Assembly: GCA_030248215.1 (NCBI GenBank)
Contig: JASANG010002792.1
Location: forward strand, 434,001 to 498,000
Direction of reading: 5' to 3'
DNA from: Enoplolaimus lenunculus
Lineage: Eukaryota
DNA length: 64,000 nt
Shown: piece after piece, positions 1 to 13,120 of the stretch
Layout of the letters: every line of letters begins with the position of its first letter
Numbering within the stretch: the stretch's first letter is position 1
The notes under the pieces: model-generated
Told to the model about the DNA's origin: nothing
The model's input: the letters and a program-made list of their open reading frames with translations, nothing else
The model's database searches: none
Position numbers and translations under genes: made by a program

Positions 1-363
1 TTGTTGTGAGATTAAAAGTTTAAAACATTAAGCGTGGATTTGTATTCAATTAAACACATAATATATTCGTATACGACGATTCATTTCACAAAGCCAAACG
101 ATTTGCGCAGAGTAAAATGCGACTGGTTTAAGCGTTTATGAGCATAAAATTGGTTTTCCAGACAAATATTTTCTATGATAAAATTCAAATGCATCAAGTC
201 TATCAATGAATATTTCATGAGTTTTAAACGTAATTAAACACTCTTGTTAATATACAAAATAATTTGCGTACGCTTTATAGACAGTTTAGAAAATCACACC
301 AAAGCTTGTTTTCATGCGTATCCTACTTTGAACTCCATTTTCAAAGTTGAGCTATATCCGATG

Positions 364-1260
364 TTAACTTTGCGTTGGGGTTTTAAAATTTTAAGTCGTT
401 TATTAGCTACAGACTAATTTGCATAATTGGTTAAGCCTAAATTAGGGCTTTCAACTTTATTTCACTAATTATTACACTTACAAGCAATCTAAATTCAACA
501 TTAAAAGGTTTTTGGGTACGAGGAATCTAAATAGACTGTTTACAAACCTCCAAAACAGATAATTGAGTAGCTAGCTAAAAGATAATTTCCATATTAGCAT
601 TGTTTATAAGCCTAAATATTGACTTTTTAAAATATTTCAGTAATTATTAAGGTTTAAAGCAATCTAATTTCAACACTATAAAGTTTTTACGTGCGAGGAA
701 TTTGTATAAATTGTTTACAAATCTCCAACACAGATAATCGAATAGTTAGCTAATAGCTAATTTGCATATTAGCTTAATTGACACGACAAAATTAAGACTT
801 TTTAAATTATTTCAATACTTATTCGGGTTACTGAAGGTTTTTGGGCGCGAGAAATCTGAATAAATTGTTTACAAACTTCTAAAACCGATAATTGAGTAGT
901 TGGTCAATAGAAAATTTGCATACAAGCATAATTGATAAGCCTAAATTATGCGTTTTTACAATGTTTTACTAATCAGGGTGACAAGCAATCTAATTTCAGC
1001 AATAATGGGTTTTTGGGTGCGAGGAATCTGAATAAATTGTCTACAAACTCTCTAAACCGATAACCGAACAGTTAGTTAATAGCTGATTTGCATATTAGCT
1101 TAATTGACAAGACAAAATTAAGACTTTAAATTATTTCAATAATTATTAGGGTGACTGAAGGGTTTTTGGATGCGAGCAATCTGAGTAAATTGTTTACAAA
1201 CCTCCAAAACCGACAAATGAATAGTTAGTTAATAGCTAATTTCCATATTATCTTAATTTC
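364..1260. repeat. Degenerate tandem satellite with ~155-175 bp units
   Basis: The block gtttttgggtgcgaggaatctgaataaattgtttacaaacctcc recurs at about 520, 695, 850, 1021 and 1174. A single related unit lies at ~40630-40830. Confidence 0.8.
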
Positions 1261-1590
1261 TTACGTGTCTTCGAGCTTCGCTCAATAAATGTAGTCTCAA
1301 TACGACTGGTATATATATGTACTGTTTTTTTACATTATGACATTTATAGTATGAAGAAAACTTAACAATGCAAGCGTCAACTTCCGTTCAAGGTTCTCCT
1401 AAAAAATGTCAAACGTACCGTTGGGCCGCTGCAGGTCGGAAACGTATATGGAAAGGATTAGAATTACCCTGGAGTTCTAAAATTGCACTAGTAAAGTACC
1501 TATTATTAATATATATGTGTTTTGAATAGATACCAATCATAATCGAGCCCAGTGAAGCCGCATTCTCAAGGCTCTTTTTTGAAGGAGCCA

Positions 1591-1722
1591 CGGGTCCGTA
1601 GCAAAGGGGGGCTGGATGGGCTCAGGTTCCCCTGGAAAAAATCTGGCCCCGCTAGAAAATTTTCAACCTTGCTTGTAAGTGATACGAGAATCCTAGTATG
1701 CCCCTGCTGGGCTACGCGCCTG
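1591..1722. mobile_element. hAT-like MITE (CAGG/CGGG..CCTG termini)
   Basis: Imperfect TIRs cgggtccgtagc / gctacgcgcctg. The 8-bp flanks aggagcca and acgagcca differ at one position. Same family as 8096-8261. Confidence 0.6.
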
Positions 1723-2277
1723 ACGAGCCATTACGATTTTCAATGGGGAAAAATATTTTAGACTTATGTGTTCTCATAAAACTTTTTTAGAGCCTCATCT
1801 GCCTTTAGGGCCTGTTTAGGTTATGATTCGGCCGTGGTTATGAATGGTGTGTTTACATAATATGTAAGGATGTTTCCAATTAAAACATCACAAAATTTAC
1901 CAATAAACGTGTACATTTGAATGATATTGTGAGACAATTTTTTCACGAAACCTTCAATAAAATATACTTGTTTGCTCCTCAAAGCCAGAAGTTTTGCTGG
2001 TGTTTAGCAAAATACAATGGGGCACAGCAAAAAGGGCATCTGATTTTTAAAACCAAATCTTTACATTAATATGATTTAATGCCAAAAACTGCGTTGCCGT
2101 TCTCGCTCGCTTCGCTTGCAAGGTTTCTTCTGTTATAAACTGCGCAAACCCACAAGCGGGGCAGTTGTTCGATCTTCTACGGCAGCGGCACTCGCGGCAA
2201 TAACCATTATGTCACCATCGTCTTACAGCTAAACTTTACAAAAGAGGATCCAGTATAATTAGTATAATTTTTTACAG

Positions 2278-5200
2278 GTATACGCCATAATTTCTGTTAT
2301 TATCGTGGTTGCAAGTGTTGCGTTAACAATTATTGAAACGATTCCATCGTTACGCATTGAGCAATGCCAACATGTGCCAGAGTTGACAAAATATTACAAT
2401 AATACAACCGATCATCATTCTGTAATTGCTTGGCATTCAAAATTCGCGTATAGTCCGCAACATCGTACGTAACTCTTGTTTTCAATTGCTAAACCTTTTG
2501 CAACGTAAAGTATACTATGAGAGGCAGGGTGTAACCTGATATCTGTTTAGTAAATATTGGTATTCGTTTTTGTTAGAGAAATACCGGAAATTCTGTTATT
2601 TTTTACACTCAAAATTGATGATAAATTACGAGTATATCTCGCAATTTTGCATTATGCTGCAATTGTTTGACATGACATATAAATTAAGAAATTCATCCAA
2701 ACGCTTAAAAACGTCGGTGCATCCACCATTTTTTCTTCGAAAATTTAGAAAGCCCGGTGATTATTTACACGTCCTAATTGAGTTGGCAGAAAAGTCAAAC
2801 ATCTTTGAAACTTTTATACATCAATATCCGTTTTCCGTTTAAATTTCGATATTTTGATCACTACTCGTTTTCATTCCGACCTGCATTTGTATACATGTCA
2901 CAAAATGCAAACTTGTCCACGTCATGTCGGAGGCTTTTCACTAAGACTACAGGGTGTTGTCTTCATTCAAGATACGCACAGTATGAGATTGCTAAACCTT
3001 TTCAGGAAATTGTTAAAAAGTTCCATGTGTTGGTGTTTGAAAACTTAATTTTAGTCGCAGTTGAAAGCATTTTCGCAGTAACAAAGTTATACGGTTCACA
3101 TATGATCGTAGCGTTTTATCTGTATTTCATGGTATCACGACAATTTGTCGCCCGACAACTAAGTCCAAAATTTTATCATCGACTCGACCATTCGTCACCC
3201 ATCATTATGCTTAGGTTTAGGCTTGGGATTAGCTTCACATACTGCTTAGATTTATTCCTAGGCTTTAGGACACTGTTGCACTTGAGGTTGTCGGGCGGTA
3301 ACTTATTGTAGATACGTATACCACACCGGCTTCTAATGGACTAAATTTTAGTTACTCTCTTTTGTCCTTGTACGACTTCCGCTACGCAAGCTTAATTTAG
3401 GAACAGTCTTAGGCTTAGGCTTTGAATTGGGTTCCTGAAACGGCTTTAATAAGATTAAGCATGAACCTAAACCTTTGTCTAAATTTTTACCTAAGTCTAA
3501 GCCTAAGCTCAAACTTAAGTCGCCGCCTTACCCTTCAATATTTCACAAAATCCATATTTTTAATAATCAAGTGGGCCAATGTACAGAATAGGACCGTAAA
3601 AGTAGTATAAGCGTATTACTAAGCCTAATCGTAAACCTACGCCTAAACCTAACCGAGACATTAGTCTAAAGCTTAGGCTTACTCTAGTATTGCAGTCCCG
3701 CAAAAAACATTCCTCCCGTACATGGGCTATTGATTGGTGCTTGCATGATTATAACCGTCTGTATGGCTAACAATATGAGCCGTGATGACACATGGAAATG
3801 TTACAGGCGCTGCAGTTCAAGAGCATCTCGAATATTGCCATCAAGCGCGTCTCATACAAGCGTTCCAGTTGTTTGCGGTAATGTTTCTTGTTTGGTTCAG
3901 CATAGACTATATGCTACGAATCTTCACTGCGCCACGAATACTGATGTTCATGATATCTCCTCTCGGTGAGTTAAAATAACGTTTCATAATAAAAGTAATA
4001 GTTTTCAGAATATTGGATATTTTGAAAATTATGAAAACTGCGAGTTCTTAGATGTTTAACCGAATTATAGAACAAAAATGTGATAAGCTTACTAGTCTAT
4101 CTACTTAAGCGTATAGGTTCACTCTTATTCGGTTTTAAGCTGTCACCATTATACTGAAAATACGAAATTTGAGGCTTTACAAAATCGATAATTGGAATCG
4201 AGCGTAAATGCAACATCCACAATAAAATGTTACGTATTTGGCCTCGGAAATCCCTTTAGCGTCATCCCGATGGTTTCCGAATCTGCCGTTGATTGTGTTT
4301 TGCGCTTTACCTTTGCAAAAAGTTTAATATGTCGATGATGTTTTCAGGCATTGTTGATCTAATGTCAATATTGCCACTATACATCGAGCTATTTATGAAT
4401 CCAATGGCGATAACCGATATTATGTACCCACGACGTTCGACTAAATACAATTTCCCGTTTCGAATCATACGATTTTTTCGACTTCTCAGAATTGTAATGG
4501 TATTTAAATTGGCTCGGTTTTCTTCTGGGCTCCGATTGATGGCTCTGGTGTTGCGTTACAGTATGTCAGCGTTGTCTCTTATACTGTTGTACGGTGCGAT
4601 TTATGTTATTATATTTGCAACTGTGTTGTATTTTGTCGAAGGCGAAGACGTCGATTCTAAGTTTAACAGTATTCCTGCAGCGTGTTGGTGGGCTGTTGGT
4701 AGGTTGTTTTGTCGCTCGATTATTTTTTATTCAATTTAAATTTCACATATTTTATAGCATAGTATTTATTCTGTGATGTGATATGGATGTGTCTTTCAGA
4801 CACATATAAGGTTCAAGGGTGTAGGCAAGATTTCATTTCGAAAAAGTATAGCCGGAATTTTGAGTAAAAAATTTTTTGCCGTTCAGGATCAACCAGGTTA
4901 TAATAAACAGTGCAAACGTGTGCTAATTTTTCGTCTCTCAAATTTTTCGGGATAAAGCTGCGATATTTTTCCGCTCTCTCCTTGTATACGTCTCTGGAAA
5001 CGTTGACTTAATTATGTTCTGATATTTTTTGATCTAATATTACATTTTCAGACATGGTAGTAGCTGCCAAGTTTGACCATAACTTTAGAAATGCGTTTGT
5101 GTCTGAATTTAGATTCAGAGATTTAGACACGACCCTGTCAGAATGATTTACAAAAAAATTAACGCGACATATGTGGGCTATTAAATGACCTTCGTTATAA

Positions 5201-7169
5201 TTTGTTACGGCCATTGTAAAGAACAGGGGTGGAACAGCATTATAAGCATATTCCTAAGCCTAAGCCTAAGCCTAAGCCAAGCAAAAACAATAGTCTAAAG
5301 CTCTTAAGCTTATCTATTCTAGTCCCACAGAAAAACGTTCCGCCCCTGATCTTTACATATTCCTTTGTTACTGTTGAGTGTAATATTTTAGTAACTTTCA
5401 TCTTGTTGTATTTAGTTGCTTTTTTTCAGTAACTCTAACAACACTTGGATACGGTGATATGGTTCCGCATACGCCGTGGGGCAAATTAGTTGGCGCAGCG
5501 GCGACCGTAATATCGATCTTGATCCTTGCGTTTCCAGTATCAATCATCGTTGACAATATGAAAAAAGCCTACAGCGAACTGAATGCCGAACAAAAACGAA
5601 CTAAACGTATCAAGCTGCGTAAGCCGTCATATTTGCGAAATAAGGCATGGTCCAGAAGTTTTTCGTCGTTTTCAAGCGGTAAGAGAAGCAGGGTCGCAAG
5701 TATTTATAGAATGGAACTTTTCGTAGTTGGCCTGTTATCTTTTTCCTGTATGACAAGTCTTCATTCCCGAGCTGAATGTTATTGATAGCGTTCATAGAAG
5801 TTTGGAGCAGGCAAAATTTCCTGGTCTCCTTCGAGACCTCATATTTTATTTTCTGTTGTCAATTTCAGGTTGCTGGCTGAGCAAGTTGTTATCACCAATC
5901 CTTGCGTCGGCCGTATACTAAAGTGATTATTAAGAACTCCGGTGTTTCGTTTTTGCAATACTTTGCACTTGAAAAGATTTTGCAACTACTTTATTGCAGT
6001 TTAATATGTTTAACCAAATTCATTTATAGTGATATTCTGATTTCGCTGTAAATCCGTGCGTTTCGAGCTTCATAAAGTAATGATCTTGAATCAACGAAAA
6101 TGGTTGACATAAGTTAAACGCGAGAGGTCCAAGTAATTGAAGCCTGGATTGATAAATAATCAACAGTCCGGTATCGAATCGCAAATTAATAGACGCTCTG
6201 GAAAGACGAAATAAATATCAGTCGCCACACCTCCTAAAGTCGAGTGAGTCACTACAGTATATAAAATTCATTGTGATCGTACAAACATTTGAAGACTAAA
6301 TTGTCGCGCATCAAATTTGTAGTTTTTGTTGAAGCTTTGTGCAAAACGCGATTTTAATTAATAATTTTATAGGTCAGCAAAGCATGCCACGACGATCTAT
6401 TCCAATCGCAATTACACCTCGAACTTTATCGACTTTGGAAACTGAAATTAATAACGTCGGAATAAGGCTTCCAGACGAGGATAGCACTAACTCAGTAGTA
6501 GAGTCACCAATAGTAGACAACTCTGTCTCGTACCTAGCATCACCAGATGAACTTGACACTCCGGAGCCAGTGACTGACCACCTGGAAGGCCGCCATATTC
6601 AGCGATTCCACGATTTCTCTTCGTCATCAGCGCCAGATATGCAAAGTTTTGCCAGTTTTCCCACGCCGGTATCCGGTTTCAATCAAATTGTTCCCATTAC
6701 AACAGACGTCGATTCGCACCGAACTCAACAGGATGGATGCCAAGATGCGGGCGGTCGCAAATTTACATGGTCACCAAGTTATGTTGCAAAACGTGCGTCC
6801 TTGAAGCTTGCAGGCACACTTGATAAACACAGTGGCCTCAAACGACGTAATACGTCAACATTTCAGTTGAAATCAAGTCATAAAGTGAGCCCTGGATCCG
6901 ATTATCAAACAGACACCAATCAAATTCTACCAACCGTAACCTGGTTGCAACATTATTTTAATAAGACAAATGCAGAAAATTTGAAACCAAATTCTGAAAA
7001 TTTAAAAACAAATTCTGAAAATTTAAACACAAATTCTGAAAACTTAAACACAACAAATAAACAGTCTTCACCTTCTGCGCGAATTCGCAGCGTTGCGCGA
7101 GATGGATGCCTTGAAACTGTACCCGAGGAGTCAAATACGTCCCGGCAAATCGATAATACTGATTTTTAA
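2278..7169 (+). CDS. Voltage-gated potassium channel alpha subunit, divergent; S1 to C-terminus (T1/N-terminus not found in window)
   Basis: Phase-consistent GT-AG exons: 2278-2464 (S1, VYAIISVIIVVASVALTIIETIP), 3807-3965 (S2), 4348-4698 (S3-S5; S4 RIIRFFRLLRIVMVFKLARF; SIPAACWWAV), 5430-5678 (TLTTLGYGDMVP pore and S6), 6373-7169 (disordered tail). Confidence 0.88.
6972..7055 (+). repeat. 21-bp coding tandem repeat (NSENLxT units) in Kv tail
   Basis: aattctgaaaatttaaaaaca-like unit about 4 times, translating as AENLKPNSENLKTNSENLNTNSENLNT. Confidence 0.8.
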
Positions 7170-8095
7170 AAAATGAAAAAAAATCGTCAAAATTATATTC
7201 AACGCGGAATTATCTACGAACGACGAATCAAAAATTGGGCCAACAAAGAAATCTATAATGAATTTTACTTGTAATAAAACGTGACATGCATGAATTTTGC
7301 GTTAGCCTAATTTTTCTGTGCATAAAAAGTGTGGAATTACGATAATTCGTCGACCGACTGCCCGTTGATCCAAAACTTGTCATCCAAAATTGTCATCCAA
7401 AATCGCGTCAATTCGGCAATTTGTTAACCATCATTTATTTTTGTTTTAGGCTGAAGATTTCGAATTAAGATTATGCCTATAAGTTTAGATAAGACAGTGC
7501 CGGGCAGTAAGTTGTCCGGCAACGAATTTTAGATTCAGAAAGCGTAGGTACCATTTTTAATCAAAACGACTGGTTTATCCGTTCAGGATAGGTTCAATAA
7601 AGCAAGATGACTGTGCAATTTACAACAGATTTTTCTTTTTTGCACCTTATCGCCTTATGAACATCATCTGTACAGCTCAACTGTGTTTATACTGAGTAAT
7701 AAAATTACGTTTTGAGCAAACAAGGCGTGGGAACTATATAATTATTCACAGGCTTGTTTGAAACGCATGACCAAAATTTTCTCCGATGCCGTGGGCAACG
7801 CACTCGTTGGGGTAATCAAGCGCAATGGTGGGTTTATGAAAGTTCGACGTTACAGGCCGTGGGATATTAGTGGAAAGCTGGCAATCTATTAACCAGAGCA
7901 AAACCAGCCTAAAGCTAATCGCAATTGAGTACGAAATTTTAACACAGAAATTTCGATTCCTGTTGTGTGGCCGCATTGGATTCACCAGTGCTCGATCCGC
8001 ACTAAACCCGGTAAACGAGCCCCTCCCCAATGTTATAAAAATAAGTAGAACGAATGCTGTGAAAATAGAATATTAAGTAGTTAAACGGATACGGC

Positions 8096-8261
8096 CAGGC
8101 CCGTAGCCAGCTCACCGTTCTGGGGAGAGGCTAAAAATTCTTCAGGAGAAGCATTCAAGGGTTTTCAATGGGTTACAATCAAGATTGAAAACTTTCTAGG
8201 TGGTGCCCAAAATTTTCCAGAGGGACTGAGCCCCCCTGGCTCTCCCTCGGCTACAGGCCCG
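8096..8261. mobile_element. hAT-like MITE with perfect 8-bp TSD
   Basis: TIRs caggcccgtagcc / ggctacaggcccg, flanked on both sides by gatacggc (8088-8095 and 8262-8269). Related copies at 1591-1722, ~18051-18209 and ~60732-60893. Confidence 0.75.
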
Positions 8262-9432
8262 GATACGGCACTCGATGTAGCTTAACTTTTCCCATCATAG
8301 AGAACTTACGTACGTATACTGTGAGCATTGAGCAACAAAGTGAAAGCTTTGCACGTAAGCACTGATGGTTTCATGATTCTCATTGTTCGTGGTTCTAAAT
8401 AGTCAAAAAATCACCTGTCCTGCGCACTGTGAATTTCGTACACAGTACTCCGCTGCTCACGGTGGAGACCTACACAGCGAATCGAGCTATGAACGTGGTG
8501 AAAAACTACGCAAGTGAAGAGAGCGAGAAACTAGAAATACTTTGTGTATTTTATCTCAATTGAACGTATGTTAATTATAGTGCCCACCTGTGCCCCCCCT
8601 TTTTCATTATTCTGTGATACGTGCCCCCTTCGGCTCCCAATATCCGTACGCCTGAGCCAAGATAACACGGCTGATGTATATAAATAATTGAACCAACAAT
8701 GCTTTCGTTCGCTGGGACTCATTTCTTGTATAAAAAGTGTCCGATGTCCTAACTTCTGAATTGGCACATTGGTACATGATTCTACATATATAAGCAGGGT
8801 TGGGTACCGGAAAAAACCTACGGAATAAAACGGTTTTTTCCGGTTTCTTTCTGTTTTTTGAGGGAGTGGAAAAAACGGAAAAAAAGCTTTATTTAAATGT
8901 TAGTAAAATTACACGCAAAACTACAACAAACGTCGCGGAAAGGAATTCGTTTTTCCTTTATTTCGCAAGAATCAGCGGCAGATCATGGAATTTGTAAAAT
9001 GGACGCCCTCACAAGATATGAACTCGCGAGCAAAGCGAGTGAAAACGCAAACACAATTTTAGACTTTAGTGTGAAGCCTTATTAATATACAAAACTTTGG
9101 CTTTGATTCTAGTTGGGCCCCTAGGCCGGACTAATCCCACCTTGTATAGGCCAGTGGGAGGAATAGGGGCATACATCGATCTCCGAAATTTGCTGAAAGA
9201 CCAGGAAAACGCATGTTTACAGACTTGTAGAGTACTCAGCTTGATTCTCGTACCCTCCTACAATGAATTCCAAGCTAAACCCCTGGTGTGTTTGCGAAAG
9301 GAATGGTATTCGCTCTGACAGGGTCAGGGTCGGTCTTACCGAGTGCGGTCCTCACAAAAGACAACTGTGCAGTTCCTAAAATAACAAATTTTTATGTCCC
9401 AGTTTGTTTTGTACCTTCGTTCTCAAACGCTA

Positions 9433-9807
9433 TTGTAGTGACCCGAATAACAGGGGGTCTCCATTTTGAGCCTCAATCAATAGAAGTCCGTATCTCTAAT
9501 AAGTGTCTGTAAGCTGATAGTGTCCGTCAACCGCAGAGTCCATAAATGTCAACTATGTTGTGTTCGAAACTTTAAAGCATACTTAAGTTTTGAAAGTACA
9601 TTCCTAAGTATGACCTTGCATTATAGCTCAAACGTTTCATACATGTCAAAAACGTCTAATTCAACGGATAGTTGCAATGCCGTATGTATATTAATAACGA
9701 AGGGCAGCAGATGGCGGGTTAAAAATAAACAGTCCTCAACCGAACAACAGGGGGTGCCCTCTGGAGAGGCAAAATAACTATCAGTCCCCCTCTTCGGGTT
9801 CATACAG
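9433..9807. mobile_element. MITE family B (CTGTAGTGACCCGAATAAGAGGGG TIR, TA TSD)
   Basis: ta|ttgtagtgacccgaataa ... cgggttcatacag|ta. The internal sequence is shared with the other family B copies. Confidence 0.75.
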
Positions 9808-11879
9808 TACTCCCTCTGTAAGTGCATGAAGCAAATTATCAATTTTCGAGGCGTGCAGCATTGGGTCCCACAGACTTTTATATGCGGGGTGCAAATGCTG
9901 GCCCTGTACTATTAATTCATAGCTTACAAGTAGTTGCCTGTATACAACGCAACGGATAGCTACGGCACTTTCTTAAACCTCTGGTAATTTCTCAAAGGCG
10001 GACGCAGGGTGAAAATCGTTGCGTCTCCTCTCGCCTCAGCAGTCCTACGGTGCCGAAAATTAAACGATACAAATGGTTTTCTAAAATCAAAAAAATTCCA
10101 GTTCCATCTTTGCTACTATATACACTTCTTTAATCTTAAAATGATTGCTATATCTGTGATTTTGCTGCGTTTCTTTGATGCAACATTTTATTACAGATAT
10201 ATACTGCCTTTAGTTCCCACCTAATTGCTAATTAATTTTATTTTCCACATATATCAACAAAATTACCAACAATCAATCCCACAAGTTTGTATGGGGTACG
10301 TTAACATATACACCCACCCGAAACCTGGACACGTCCAAAATTAACATGAGACGAAACCTTTTATACCTGAATACCTGTTGTCCGTTTCCGTTATTTTGCT
10401 CACCATCCGTTTTATGCGGAGTCGCTTGAGAAAATATAGGGCAGCCTACTTTTATGGAACAATTCTTTACACTCATAGAGTATACTATGAGCAACTAAAT
10501 ACGAATAGTATACCAGCTATACAGATACTCGAAATAGTATTTAACCATTCTAACATATACGCGCAGTGCAAAATTTCCACAAGAAGTTAGATCCCCTCGG
10601 GCTCAAGCGCCAAACTCCAATACTCAGTGGTAATCGTAAACGCCTCCAACCCGTGAAACTGGTGATCGAATCTTACCTTGAAAATACATCTCATATGCAA
10701 TTGAAATTCTCTAAATTAATCTCATATGAAACTGAAACTATTGATTGAGAAAGGGTTAAAGAACAACAGGTGCGAGTTAACTTCGATGCTACTATATTTA
10801 TTTTTGCAGCATCCAGAACGTCTTATTGTTTTTGCGTATCATTAGGTATTTTTGCACACTAAACGCTCAATGAAACGAAAAAAGACAAATTTCAAAGTAA
10901 ACCCAATCATTGGCTGATACAAGGGGGCAGCCACCCAGAGACACCTTGCAGCGGTTAATACCAAAACTTTGCGCTAAGATATAAACCAAAAAATTTTGTT
11001 TTGCTCTTCGTTAGATCCGCCACTAAACCTGGTTTATTCGAAACTGCTGTAAATCAGGCAACCGTAAAAACTGGTTGTTTATCGCCGATCGATATCAATG
11101 CATTATGTTTCAAAATACATAAACATGAAAATAGTGTCAGCCAATAATAATCGCCCACTCGGTCTGTTAAAACAGTTGAAACTTTACAAGCACTATTGTT
11201 TGGAGTTTGCAATATGTTTTTCAATCAGATCAAAATATTTTGTTCCTATAAAATATACACGAAACCTTTAATGTCACATTTTGGACGCTAAAACAACTAC
11301 TTACGGTAATTTTTGCTTGTGAGACCGAAAGTTGAGATGTAAAATTCAGTTAATAGAATGCAGCAAAATCGTACTTGTTTTCACAGCAATTTTGGATCTC
11401 ACTTTAATTTTTTTTAATTCTAATGCAAAATTTTGAATATATAATTTTTTAAGGAGCATAGTATTCGTTCAAGGTTTACACGCGTTGGGGTTGTAAGGTT
11501 AACGCAAAAAAGATTTTAAGTAGAGCTAATATATACTTAGATCATTTTAAAAATATTCACGCGTTAAAAACGCAATCTGATGAATCTGATGATATTTTTT
11601 GTGGCTGAAACAAATTCGTTATTTTGAACGATGAAGAAAATCACAGACTTAGCATTCGAATACCAGACGCTTTAATGGGCGGTATAACATTAGTCTAAAG
11701 CTTAAACTAGCTCTATTATAGCCCCTTCGGAAAACGATCCGGCCCTGTTCTATACATGGGTCAAAACTTTATTAACAGTGAAGTGCGACGAGCGCTCACG
11801 CTTTAGTGTACAATTTGTACTGTTCGTGCATATAATAATTAGGCTTCACGTTTAGGCTTTAGGCTTAGGTTTAGACTTA

Positions 11880-12095
11880 CACTGCAAAAAATGGTGAGTC
11901 AAATTGACTCTCCCCGAAATAGGCTTTTCCGGAATATACAAATCGAGTCAAATTTGACTCTGCTAGAATCACATTTGACTCACTGAGCGACTCATTAAGT
12001 CGAATTTGACTCTGGCGGAGTCGAATTTTAAGTTTGTTTAGTCCGGAAAAGCCTATTTTGCACAGAGTCAATTTGACTCATCATTTTTTGCAGTG
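11880..12095. mobile_element. MITE family A (CACTGCAAAAAATGGTGAGTCAAATTGACTC TIR, TA TSD; Tc1/mariner-type inferred)
   Basis: Near-palindromic element with TA on both sides, inserted in a TTAGGC-like tract. Further copies at ~17731-17939, 47782-47964 and ~48754-48953. Confidence 0.85.
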
Positions 12096-12591
12096 TAGGT
12101 TTAGGCTCAGTCTTAGGCTTAGGCTTACCTTTAGGCTTTAGGCTATCAGTACTTAAATATGTACTTCTCCTGCGTTGTTTATTGTATTTATACAAAAGAT
12201 TTAATAGTTTGAATCAAGCCAGACAACGCATGTACAATTTCCGAGATGCTCGCATCGAGTAATTTTTAAACATATGAACTGGCTTAGAAGTGCGTCATAT
12301 ACGTTTGCGATATCAAATATGTTACGTCACACGAGTTGGCTGAATTGCGTGAAAAGCTTGTGCGTGGAAGTTATTTTTTTAAAATTCAACTGCCAATAGT
12401 CACAATATTAAAATATTGAATGCGTTTATAAATCAGAACTGGATTACATCTGTCGTAAGTGCTACAAACCCAACGTAGTTGTTGAGTATTTTGATACTGA
12501 ATGTTTTCGTCGCATTCACAAAATTCATGCGCTAGTATTATGACATTTGTACAAACAAAACAGTTTCTAGATATTTTATTGCCGGATGTTT

Positions 12592-13120
12592 TCCGTTTTT
12601 CCCCAGCTCACGTTTGCCCCAAGAATGGTCCGACATTGAAAGTTTTTGCATATTTGAGCTTTTCCTCGCCTGATCATTCCACGCCTAAATTTGAATTTTT
12701 TTAAAAATTGCTATTTTTTAAGGACCCGAGTTCCCCCAGTAGAGATCCGAAATTTTTTGTCGAAAAGGTTAATAAACTATCATTCGACAACGAGTTATTG
12801 TCCAATAATTGTTTTGGCTCGCTGTCAACGTTTTAGGACGGCGTCAAATGGGTTTGACCACATCGTTAACCAATCGTCAAATTGGCAAACATTTAACACC
12901 ATTTGACTCCGCTCAGCAAGTTCGGCCGAATGGTGTATAACTTGTTTAACTTTTTGACAAAATTTTTTTGTGTCCCACCGTGAAACGTGAAAGAATCGAA
13001 TTTGTGATAAATTCAAATTTAGGCGTTTAATAATCAGGGGAGGTCATATAAAGCTCAAATATGCGAAAATTTTCAAAATCGGACCATTTTTAAGTAAACG
13101 CGGGCTGGGGATATAACGGA
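12592..13120. mobile_element. MITE with long (~100 bp) imperfect terminal inverted repeats
   Basis: ccccagctcacgttt..aagaatggtccgacattgaaagtttttgcatatttgagctt is mirrored by aagctcaaatatgcgaaaattttcaaaatcggaccatt..aaacgcgggctgggg. Confidence 0.65.

Noticed and set aside
2570..3311. 90- and 177-aa + strand ORFs in the Kv intron
   Set aside because: Non-ATG starts, repeat-derived intronic sequence and no domain signature.
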